Part shown: piece by piece, positions 33,849 through 43,789 of the stretch
Layout: each line of letters starts with the position of its first letter
How positions within the stretch are numbered: the stretch's first letter is position 1
Assembly: GCA_964019335.1 (NCBI GenBank)
Contig: OZ025655.1
Span: forward strand, 434,001 to 498,000
Length of the DNA stretch: 64,000 bases
Origin: Diplonema japonicum
Taxonomy: Eukaryota; Protista; Euglenozoa: Diplonemea
Reading direction: 5' to 3'
Made by a program: the position numbers and the translations under genes
Notes under the pieces: model-generated
The model's input: the letters and a program-made list of their open reading frames with translations, nothing else
Database searches by the model: none
What the model was told of the DNA's origin: nothing

Positions 33849-35243
33849 CGGAGTCGAACAAGCGAGCTCACTATTGGTAACCCGCAGCCAAGCATGCCGC
33901 AGCAATTCAACAGCAGAAGGCCTTTTAGTCGAAATCGGGTGGTGGCAGTGCCTTAAAAATCCTAAACAAACAGAAGACAGCCCCTTAGGAAGATTCGGCG
34001 GCAACGGCTTCACCCACCCCGCTATCTGATAAATCGCCTGCATATGATTATCAAAACGAGGCCACGGGGGTACCCCCTCATTCAGAATCTCGGCAACTAC
34101 GATCCCAACAGCCCAAATATCACTGGAAGCACTACACGATGCACGGTTGGATATCACCTCAGGAGACATCCACAAAGGCGTTCCAACCATCCCAGACGTC
34201 ACGGTGGATTGAATCTTGCTGCAAGCTCCGAAATCAGCTAATTTAACCTTTCCATCTGCTGCCAGCAGAATATTGTCGCCTTTGATGTCGCGGTGTACCA
34301 GACCTTTACTGTGCACAAAGGATACACCTTCCAAAATTTGTTTTATGTACACAACAGCGGTAGCCTCATGAAGGGTTCCACCAAGCTTCTTGACCAACTG
34401 GTTAAGGGACCCACCTGGCATGTATTCCATGAAAACGTGGAGTTCGTTGGCCCACGGATCGTACCTGCATCCTTTGTAACTTACTATGGAACGGTGACGG
34501 AGGGAGGACAGTATTTTGACCTCCTTTGTAACCGCGGTGAGCTGGGGTTGGGTTAGGTTCCCCGCGAGCTCTATGACCTTGACCGCCTGCATTGAACCGT
34601 CAGGAAGCACACCGAGGTAAACAGATCCGAAGGAACCCTTACCTAAGATTCTCCCACGCTGCCAGGTTGACGGTGCTTTTTGCAAAGGATTTGGTTGTTG
34701 TTCCAAGTCGGTGATGCTTTCGTAAGGGTCCTCCGCAGACGTGGAGCTCCATCCACCGTCCCGCCAGATTTGAAACAAGAATGTTGAGATCAGCAAGGGC
34801 GCCACGATGAAAGGTGTTACAAAAACGTACCACCTTGACGGTATCTTGAATGCTTCATCCTCTTCTTCAGTCTCAGTCGCTGTCCTAGTAGGGACTGTGA
34901 CTGTGACGGAGGATGTTATCGTTTTTGAACCGTTGACTCGCATCCATGTGCTGTGCTCACCTACTACCTTTTCCAACCAGTCGGGTTCCTCTCCATCCAT
35001 CTTGCAGGTGTCGTCGAACATGAAGCACTGGTTTCTGCTCTCAAAATACTGGATGTACAGGCACCCTGACACTCTTAGGCAAGACCTCATGCAGGCCTCT
35101 AAGCTGGTCTTCTCCACAGCGTCTGTTCGTTCCCCTGCGTCCCATTTCAAACAGGACCCTGTTATCTGCAGCCATTCGGCCTCCTTGACGCCCCATGTGG
35201 ACTCGATGCATAGTGTCAGCAAGAACAAGATTTTGTGCAACAT
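33843..35243 (-). CDS. Receptor-like protein kinase: signal peptide, PAN/apple domain, Thr-rich linker, TM, STE11/MEKK-type Ser/Thr kinase
   Basis: MLHKILFLLTLCIESTWG; SLEACMRSCLRVSGCLYIQY...QCFMF (PAN); TM WYVFVTPFIVAPLLISTFLF; WQRGRILGKGSFGSVY, AVK, HRDIKGDNILL, DFG, GTPLWMSPE. Confidence 0.9.
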
Positions 35244-35542
35244 TTCTTTTTTTTTTTTTAACACTCCCCCCGTCAGACCATGTGGTCGGGGGGTCCTGAT
35301 GTGATCTTTTTTTTTTTGCAACGAAATAAAAAAAAAAACAAAAAAAAGAACATAGATGGGGGGGGGGGGAAGGGGTGTGGAATGAAAAAAAGAAGAAAAG
35401 TGTACACTAGGGTAAAAAAAAGGGGGGGAGGCGGGGGGGGGGGGGTAATAAACACTTCGTGGTTGTAAAATAAAAAGGGGGGGGAGGAAATTTTACATAA
35501 AGAAGAAGCGTACTTTTTTTTCTTTTCTTTTTCTTTTTTCTC

Positions 35543-36294
35543 TTATTTCTCGATCTTCTTCGCATTCAGGTACCCGTCCATTGCCTTGTTTCTCGCCTCG
35601 TTGAAGTACACAGTGTGCCCGCCCTTCCCGGGAAGGGCTCGCTCCGCCACCTCCTTCACCTCCTTCTCGGCTACCTCCCGTTTGTAGGCACGCTGGTAAC
35701 GACCCCTCCAATCCTAATTGTAAATAGGGAAAAAAAAAAACTTTTTTTTTTGAAAATTATACCGATTCATGGTAGAATTCCTTCAGTGGATGGGTGATCA
35801 TTCGGAGGTTTTGTGCACGGTTTGTCAGGTATTGTTGCTCAGCTGCTTCACTGTGATTTTTTTTTTTTTTTTTTTTTTTCCATACAGCTGTTCCCGTGTC
35901 AATTTCCGTGGTTCAACAGTTTTCTCATTCAACATCCCGGAATGTTGTGCCAAGACCGTCTTGTTCCAGTCAGACATGTCCTTCGAAGAGCCCATCCCCT
36001 TAACGTGCGGTGTGTGCATTGCGTGGTACACATCACGGTATTTTTCTGTCAGTTTTTTAGTCATTTTATCAACATACTGTATCCGAGAGTGGCGGAAGAC
36101 GCCTTAACACCAGTACCACCCCGCGCAACCCCGTGCATGTCTGCGTGGAAGTACCCACTGGGGTTCCTCTCACCAAGCCACCATTGGTGCTGCACCTCGA
36201 ACGCCACCGCAGTGCGCCTCAACATGTTATATTCTTCTTTTGCCCCCCCGTAAGGCCTGCTTTTTGTTAATTGTTCTGATGGGGGTAAAGACAT
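35543..36294 (-). CDS. Hypothetical protein (~210 aa), 3 introns
   Basis: Short ORFs join in frame via GTAT...AG introns 36046-36077, ~35851-35885 and ~35714-35762. Last exon DWRGRYQRAYKREVAEKEV...AKKIEK*. Confidence 0.75.
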
Positions 36295-36341
36295 GGTAAA
36301 AGAAAGAAAACAAAATATTATACTTAATGGGACCCGCCAAG

Positions 36342-36375
<34 letters not shown>

Positions 36376-36445
36376 CTCTTTTTTTTTTCTCTGTTATCGA
36401 GGACTATGTCCTATCTACTCAGTTCTGTTTAAACTACAAAAAAAA

Positions 36446-36754
36446 AATTCACTATGACAGGAAACGAAGTGGTTAGCAACGGAGGGGGGGTCGTTCCCTG
36501 CTACCCACCGTAGTGCTAGCTGACGTTTATTTCTTCCAGTCCTTTCCTTCCGGTAATCTTCTCTCAGTCCTTTCAGCCGTCAGCCCCGACGCAAACAGGG
36601 ATCTTCTAGGGCTCTCCAATCGTCCTTTCGTAGGTCTCAGTCCGGGCACACTTCTGCGACACTTACACTGATCGTTGCAAGGGGAAGTAGAGACCCCGTT
36701 AACTTCCTTTAGAACCTTTATCAGTCACGGAGAGTGACCATGAAGTACAGTAAA
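36446..36754 (+). other. ~300-nt highly base-paired non-coding block (candidate ncRNA or short mobile element)
   Basis: At least six stems visible by eye. First 37 nt repeated at 5164-5200. Ends in an A-rich tail. No ORF. Confidence 0.45.
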
Positions 36755-36798
36755 GAAAAAAGAAAAAAAAAAAAAACCAGATCAGTGGTTCGTCTTCT

Positions 36799-36832
<34 letters not shown>

Positions 36833-36939
36833 GTACTTCCGTTTTCCGCAACAATGTATGGAAAGACACTAAAGAGGGACAGCGCTTGAAAAAGAAAAAA
36901 AGAAAAACATGGGCGGGAAATAAATCCTTGTATTGTAGC

Positions 36940-38166
36940 TCAATAGTCTGAAGCCCAGTGCACACCCTGGGCCCTTCCCCGTCCTTGTGAAACGTGGATC
37001 GGAACGTAGTCTTCCATGTAAGCATCGAAACCCCGTCCTCTTCCTCTGCCGATGGGGGTGGGGTCGGGTGTTCTGTTATGGTTGAACCCCCTGCCCCTTC
37101 CCATCCCGACGCGGTCGTTGCTGTGGGAAGGAGAGTAGCCCCTGCCGTATGTAGAGCCTCTTCCGTAAGTTTCGAAAGGTGTTTGGTTGTAGGAGGGGAA
37201 GTCCCGTTCATAGTAGTGGTCGCTTCCCCGTCCCCTTCCTCTCCCGGTACTTGGCTGTTCGTTGTAGGCAGTGTACCGCTGCCCCCGTGCCCTCCCGCGG
37301 CCCATCAGGTACTGGTTCAACCGCTCGTGTTCTGCATTGTACCGCAGCCATTCACGGTTTTCCTTTTCATATCGTTTCCTCGCTTCGTGGTTTTTAATCC
37401 ACTTGTGTACCTTCTTCTTCCTCTCGTGTCCCACCTCACCATGCATGTCGTGTGCGTCGTCATCAGCCACTGCGCGGTACACCAATAAATCCTGTTTTTT
37501 TCTTTTTTTTCTTTTTTTTTTCGTGAAAAATAACAAACCTCTTTATTCCAAGACAGCTTCGCCCCGTCAAAGTGGCGGATTGTAACAAACTTTTTTTTTT
37601 GGGGGGGCGAAAAAAAAAAAAAAAATACATACATGCCCACCCGGGAAAACCTCCAAAACAACCCCTTCGCTTCCGAGCTTGCGTAGCTGGGTTGGCGAGT
37701 ACTCCTCTGCAGATATTTGCAACGGCGCAACCCTGATCTTATCGCTTTTATGGAAGTCTGACGATACGTGTGTTGGCCGCCACAGAGAAGGGTCTACTTG
37801 AAGACCCTCCAGGTCCGAGTCTATCTCCTCTGGTTCTTCTTTGACAGTGGCCTCATGGGGAATTATTTGGATGTCTAAGTCAACGTATTCTTGATGTGGA
37901 CATTTATCGTGTACAAATAGGCACCCGTCAGCCAGTGCACAGCGGCCGTGGATGTAGGCCTGACATGGGGTCTTTTCTTCAGCTTTCGGTTTGGCCCATG
38001 GTGCCCTTGGGTCTTCCCAGGTTGTTGATTTTGACCAATGATTCAAAAAATACATTTTCCCGTCTTGCGTAGCCTCGAACCCCCACATGGGGGGCAGCGG
38101 CCCGCCCCCGTCTCCTGGATCCAGCACCACTTCATCAAGGTCTTCGGTTTTTGTAACCGCTAGCAT
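36940..38166 (-). CDS. WW + CCCH zinc finger + SH3-like (Mib-type) region + RG/RGG-rich tail; probable RNA-binding protein; 2 introns
   Basis: PLPPMW...GKMYFLNHWSKSTTWEDPR (WW); PCQAYIHGRCALADGCLFVH (C-x8-C-x5-C-x3-H); GRGRGRG repeats. Exons join ...FPGGH|FVTIRH...WNKE|DLLVYR. Confidence 0.85.
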
Positions 38167-38777
38167 CTTTCCCCTCCCTCCCCTCCCTCCCACGTTTCTA
38201 ATATATTTTTTTTTTAATGATTTCTGACAAAGAAAGAAAAAGAAATGAAAAAAAAAAAAAAGAATTGACATCTTTATTAATATTCTTTCTTTTGTTTCGG
38301 TTTTTTTTTTTTTTTTCCTTTTCTTTTTTTTTTTACAGTTTTGTCTTTCGAATAGCACACTCCACCTTGCTTGTTTTTTAAAAAAAAAAAAAGAGAGATA
38401 TTTAACAAGGGGAGGGAAGGTGGACAGGTCCTCTCTTCCCTCCCCCCTGCTTCCTCCTAAAAATTAAAAAATAAACAATAAAAAATAAAAAGCTTCCCCG
38501 TTGTGATGCTACTGGTGTGAGATCACTATTTCTCTTCCTCCTCTCTCCTCTCCCCCTCTCACCTATATCACAAATAGAAATGTCCCTTAACAGCAACTTC
38601 TTCGTCGAAAGATGCGTACGTGCCAGTATTTGATAAGGGGAACCATGAAAAGGTGGTTTTTTTTTTTTTCTTTTTTTTCTTTTTGCGTCCTTTTTTCCCC
38701 CCGCCGATGTAAGATGCGTACGGTGTTTAAGGAAGTTTTCTTTTCATCTTTTTTTTTCATTTTTTTTTTCCCCCATT

Positions 38778-39179
38778 TCAGTTCAAAGCAAGGTACGCAG
38801 CAAGCACCATGACAATGAAAGCTGCAATATACGTAAGGTTGTTGTCAGATTTCGGCGACTGCTTTCGCTTTTCCCATTCGATCTGCTCGGGCCATATGTA
38901 AGAAGGGTCCGTCAGCTGTTCCTTCACCTCTGCGCCTTTCACCTTCCCGATCAAGAATGCCTGCATCTTTTTCCTGGCACTCTTGCTGTGCTTTACATCA
39001 ACCCACGCCTCTGTGGCATCCTTGCCTGCGACTGCTGTGAGCACTTCCCTGCCACCAGGGTGATCGTCTAAATATTCTTCTTTAATTTTAAACACCCTCC
39101 CACAGACTGCAACCCACAGATCGTCCAGCGAGGTGTGTTCACCCACCTCGGCCATCGTGTACTCCTTCAAATCGGCCAT
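38778..39179 (-). CDS. CYB5: Cytochrome b5, tail-anchored
   Basis: YTMAEVGEH, DLWVAVCGRVF, HPGG, AGKDAT, HSKSAR, IGKV; hydrophobic C-terminal anchor. Confidence 0.95.
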   Translation of the reverse strand: MADLKEYTMAEVGEHTSLDDLWVAVCGRVFKIKEEYLDDHPGGREVLTAVAGKDATEAWVDVKHSKSARKKMQAFLIGKVKGAEVKEQLTDPSYIWPEQIEWEKRKQSPKSDNNLTYIAAFIVMVLAAYLALN

Positions 39180-39683
39180 TTTTTTTTCCCCTCCTTCTTT
39201 TTTTTATTTATTAATTGAGCCCGGCAAACGAGAATAAATGCAATATGTCTGGAGTGCAACCACTGCTTCCTACATGAGGGTGTTCAAAGTGTGTCCTCCA
39301 GCCACCTAAGTTGTAGGCTGGGTTCCCTTGGCGAGAATGAACGGAGGCGTCAAGTCCGGTGGACTGTGTCCTTGGTGATACAGGGCGGCGGACAGTGAAA
39401 GGAGTGTAAGGAACACCATAGAGTGACCAGTCGTTTGTGGCGATAGGGAGCTTCACACAAAAAAAGAACGAAACAAGTACAGGCCGCGGGGGGGGGGGGT
39501 AAAAAAAGCCTTCTTTTCCTCTTTTTTTTCTCTACGATTGTGGAGGCATCCCGCCGAGAAGAAAAAAGAAAAAAAAAGAGAAAAAGAGGGGAGAGCAGGG
39601 AAAGAAATAGAAGAGAGCGCCAGGGTCAGGGAAAACAAAAAAAATTTTTTTTCGAAGCAAAAAAAAAAAAAAAAAAAGACAAA

Positions 39684-40673
39684 CTACCTCCTAGGGTGCA
39701 CCGGGTTAGCGGTGAACAACACTTTCCCATGAGAATCATAGTACTTAATAGTTGTAGTGTTTTCTGTGGCGGTGAGCGAAGCGAAACCACCATCAGCCCC
39801 AAAGGTCTGCGAGGCGTCCATGTGGAACTTCATGGCCCCGGCAGGGACGTCCTTCTCATGAGTGGGCCGGTAACAACACTCCATTCCAGCCCCGCTTAAC
39901 ACAAGAGCCTTGTTATCCACCTCAAAGTGGCCAAGGCAATGGTCATGACCAGACAGGTAACCAGAAGCATTGTATTTCGTAAGAAGAGGAAGGACATCCT
40001 GAACAAGCTCAGCGGTAGGTCCATGGGAGCACTGGGAATAGATGGGGTAATGCCCGGCTACCCAAAGGTAATCGGCTGTAGATTTCGCCATTTCCTGTTC
40101 AAGCCACTGAAGCTGCTGCCCGGCAAGCTTAACATCAGGCGGACCTTTTCCCTGAATGAACTCATGTGTGTCATGGTCATGGAAGGACATTCCACTGAAG
40201 GTGTATGTGTCTATGTAGATAACTTGTGTTGTTACGGTTTTCCCTGCAGGTGTCGTGAACTGCTCGCTGAAGGTGTACCATAGAGAAGGGAATGTCCATC
40301 TTTTTGAGAATTTCGTGTATTCAATTTCAGCAGTCACATTGCCGTAATGGTCGTGGTTGCCAGCGCATACATACCACGGGACCTGAAGGTTGGGGGAGGT
40401 GAAGACATTTTCAAATGTGCTGTCAAATCTGTCTGATGTGACATCTCCCTGAATGCCTTCAAAGTAGAAATTGTCGCCGAGAGCCAGGACAAACTGCATG
40501 TCGCCCAGTGTTTCCGCAACCGATCCCATACCCTTGTTGTTGTCAACTTCACCAGGTGAGGTCGGGTGCCCGTCGCCCATCCCACCCCAGTCACCAATTG
40601 CCAAAAAACTCATTGAATCGGCTGCGGTGGCCATGCCTGCCATTGTCATCAATAGTATCGAACGCGTCAGCAT
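39684..40673 (-). CDS. ACP5: Purple (tartrate-resistant, type 5) acid phosphatase, secreted/lysosomal
   Basis: Signal peptide and all metal motifs: GDWG, GDNFY, GNHD, VAGH, GHDH. Confidence 0.93.
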   Translation of the reverse strand: MLTRSILLMTMAGMATAADSMSFLAIGDWGGMGDGHPTSPGEVDNNKGMGSVAETLGDMQFVLALGDNFYFEGIQGDVTSDRFDSTFENVFTSPNLQVPWYVCAGNHDHYGNVTAEIEYTKFSKRWTFPSLWYTFSEQFTTPAGKTVTTQVIYIDTYTFSGMSFHDHDTHEFIQGKGPPDVKLAGQQLQWLEQEMAKSTADYLWVAGHYPIYSQCSHGPTAELVQDVLPLLTKYNASGYLSGHDHCLGHFEVDNKALVLSGAGMECCYRPTHEKDVPAGAMKFHMDASQTFGADGGFASLTATENTTTIKYYDSHGKVLFTANPVHPRR

Positions 40674-40816
40674 TTTTTTTTTTTTTTTTTTTTGTTTGCT
40701 TGAGTTGAAATTTCTTTTTGATGGAAAAGAAATTTAAAAAAAAAAATGGAAAATATTAGAAAAGAGAGAACGAATAATAAAAGAAAGAAAGAAAAGAAAA
40801 AAAAAAAAGTATGTGT

Positions 40817-40849
<33 letters not shown>

Positions 40850-41355
40850 GAAGGGTAAAAAAAACAAAAAAGGGTAAATGTTGTAGCAGCTATTACAGAA
40901 AAAGAAAAGAAAAAGGGGGAAACGGGGTATGCAGCCCACGTTGCAAAGAATAAGGGGGGGGGGGGGGGGGGGGGGGGGATGACTAGGGGAAGAAAAGGGG
41001 GAGGAAGGGTGTTGGCAACATTCCCACCTCCCCTCCTCACAAACAAAAAAAAAAAACTAGACACCTAGCGAGTGTCGGGAAGAAAGAAGAAAATTAACGG
41101 AATTCTTATCAAATATTTTTTTTTTTTTTAAATGTTTCTTTCTTTCTTTCTTTTTTTTTTTTAAAGTTCTTCAATCAAACTGTTAAGGGGGGGGAATAAA
41201 ATAAACTAGACATTTAATGTTTGTTTGCGTTTTCGCGCTCAACCAGCTAAGCCTTCGATTTCCACCCCGTCTTGCAGGTGCTTATGTGTCCCGCCTTCTA
41301 ATGCTAGCTTCGCCCTGGTCGCCTGCACATCGTGCTGTGCAACTGCACAGCCAGT

Positions 41356-41388
<33 letters not shown>

Positions 41389-41937
41389 AAGAGGGGAAAT
41401 TTCCAACATTTTTTTTTTTAAAGGCTCTATAAAGGTGCCTATGTTGAACCGATTCGGGGGTAAGAAAGTAGCAAGCGGGGGAGAGAGAAAAATGTAAAGA
41501 AAGAAAGAACGGTAAGAAGCACGGGATGTAACTATTCTGTGCAGTGGCGGCGGCACCCTTTCGTCCCTCCTTTCTTTGTGAAAGTAAAAAAAAAAGAAGA
41601 AGAAGAAAAAGAAAAGAAAAAACAGAAGATGAAATACAGAATAAAGAACCTTCATGTTTTCTTTTTTTTTTTTCCCCCCTCTCTTCCTTTTTTTATCTCT
41701 CTCTTAACCTCTCCCCCCCTAAAAAAAAACCTGTATTTTTAAGGTTTTTGTGGGACAACAGAAAAAAAAAAAAAAAAAAGAGAAAAAAAAACAAGGCAAA
41801 GGTTCATCAACCCAACAGATACAGTCCTGTTATGTGTAATGCCAAAGGGAGGGGATGTAGCGAAAGGAAAAGGAGTTAATTATCCATGATAACCTGTTGC
41901 CCCCACCCTTCCGATTTTTTTTTTTTTTTTTAAATTC

Positions 41938-42097
41938 GAGCCGGGTTTGGGGAAGACTACACGCCTCGAAGAAGCTAGTCTAGGGGGTCCCTGCATTCTA
42001 CCATACATGCAACCTCAGATGGTTCCAGGGGCACCTTTTTTGCTGCCTCTCAGTTTTGATTTCTTCTTGTAACCTTCCACCCTTTCAAACCCGGCTC
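41938..42097. mobile_element. 160-bp element closed by a perfect 12-bp inverted repeat (MITE-like or structured RNA)
   Basis: GAGCCGGGTTTG (41938-41949) / CAAACCCGGCTC (42086-42097). Confidence 0.5.
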
Positions 42098-42115
42098 TTA
42101 TTAAATAAAACAACA

Positions 42116-42260
42116 TATTAAATGAGAATAAGCGCATTATTTTACTTGTGGTGGCGGGTTTAACTCGAAATTTATTGCTACACTCGCTTCGCTCGTGAAG
42201 TAAGATCCTCTCTCGTTTCCCCACCGCGTGAAATAATGCTATCTTGTTTTCATTTTAATA
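42116..42260. repeat. 145-bp imperfect palindrome with central GCGAAGC-type mini-hairpin
   Basis: Arms TATTAAATGAGAATAAGCGCATTATTTTACTTGTGGTGG / CCACCGCGTGAAATAATGCTATCTTGTTTTCATTTTAATA; centre CACTCGCTTCGCTCGTG. Confidence 0.7.
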
Positions 42261-42537
42261 AAAAGTTTTTTATTTTTAAAAATCCCTTTGCTCTTCTCAA
42301 CTATAAAAAAAAAACAAAAAGAAAAAAAAAAAAAAAACAGAGTTCTTCCCATGCCCACCACCTTCGCAAACTTAAGGGGAGGTGAAAGAAGAAAGAGTCA
42401 ACAAAAAAATTGCAATGCCACAGGCGAACTCTGTGCGAGGGAGAGCCGCAGGCCCCTGAAAGGGAGGGGTACGGCCAGTACTAAGAGTAGCTCTCAGTTT
42501 CGGTCAAATCTCGCCAAAAAAAAAAAAAAAAGAAGAA

Positions 42538-42754
42538 GAACTGGCCGTTGTTTGTACGTGCCGGGTAAAACTTGGAGAAGTTTGTCAACCCGAAACACGT
42601 TGCCAGGCGAGGGGGAAGAAAGAAAGAAAAAAAAAGAAAGACAACACGCACGCATGAAGAAATGAATGGGAAAAAAAGAGGAACTGACCGTTGTTTGCGC
42701 GTACGAAATGGGTAGAAACCGGGCAGAGGCTTATAACCCGCGCACACGTTGCTA
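42538..42754. repeat. 68-bp hairpin module, copy 2 (42538-42605) and diverged copy 3 (42681-42754)
   Basis: Direct comparison with 33091-33158. Confidence 0.85.
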
Positions 42755-43025
42755 AAGTCCTCTTTTCTTGTAATCAATGAGTAGCTGGGAAGGGGTCAGG
42801 TTGCACAGCTCTTAAGAAAAAGGGGGGACAAAAAACATCCAAGGCTGTTAGGTACTATAGCTAAGCAGAGGCTTGTGGTGAATTCATTCACGAAAAAAAA
42901 GGGGGGGGGGAAAGGGAAACCAAATAACTTTTGCTCAAGTTCAAGCCAAGATGCCTTTACGAACGTAGGGGTTGGGGAGGGAGGGACTTGTCCTGTCGTA
43001 TTAAAAAAAAAAAAAAAAAAAAAAA

Positions 43026-43065
43026 AGACATTTAAGGGTACCTGCGGTATGTGACAGGACGCCTG
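43026..43065. repeat. 40-bp direct repeat followed by poly(A); second copy 43472-43511
   Basis: AGACATTTAAGGGTACCTGCGGT(A/G)TGTG(A/G)CAGGACGCCTG, 38/40 identical. Confidence 0.9.
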
Positions 43066-43349
43066 AAAAAAAAAAAAAAAAAAAAAAACTACCCTTTCTA
43101 GCGCTTTGTTTACGTGCACTGGAGAACCCTCTTATGTGCGGGCGAAAGAAACATATGTTATATTATGTTCAGAAACCCGTGAATTACAAGTAGTTGCGCT
43201 GCCACGTAGCAGATGGTTACATACGCATTTTTTTTTTTTTTTTTAGTTGAAATAAAAATACAGAAGATAATACCAGACAAGGGGGGCAACTTTTTTTCTT
43301 TTTTACAAAAATGTGAAAATAGAGGAGAAAAAGAAGGGGATAGAATATG

Positions 43350-43392
<43 letters not shown>

Positions 43393-43407
43393 AGGACGAA
43401 TTAAATA

Positions 43408-43623
43408 CTGGATTTGGACTTATTGTATACCGTATGCGTAACCTTTGAAATGGGAATAAAAAAAAAGAGAGAGACATTTAAGGGTACCTGCGGTGTGTGG
43501 CAGGACGCCTGAAAAAAAAATTTTTTCTTCATCAACTCTGAACTGTTTCATTGATCCTATCGATGCCCAGTGTCTAGGTCGCTGACCGCAACGGAAGGAA
43601 ATCCATTATAAGTCCAAATCCGG
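43408..43623. mobile_element. Tc1/mariner-superfamily-like MITE (216 bp), TA target duplication
   Basis: TA|CTGGATTTGGACTTAT ... ATAAGTCCAAATCCGG|TA; 16-bp TIR with one mismatch. Confidence 0.6.
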
Positions 43624-43751
43624 TATATAAAAAAAAAAAAAAAAAAAAATAATAAAAATAATATAGACCTTGGAGGATACCAAGCCAGAAGAAAGGGGGG
43701 AAAGAAAAGGTTGGACTAAATTGTTTAAGTTTTTACTTTTTTCTTTGCGGT

Positions 43752-43788
<37 letters not shown>

Positions 43789-43789
43789 C

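Noticed and set aside
36450-36475. SECIS element (ATGA...AAA...GA)
   Set aside because: Helix II is far too short and it lies on the non-coding strand.
36552-36568. U6 snRNA (GAGAAGATTA on the minus strand)
   Set aside because: Only a 10-nt match; no ACAGAG box, AGC triad or ISL.
38609-38722. 12-bp direct repeat AAGATGCGTACG as TSD of an insertion
   Set aside because: The enclosed ~90 bp is mostly T-tract with no element features; too weak to call.
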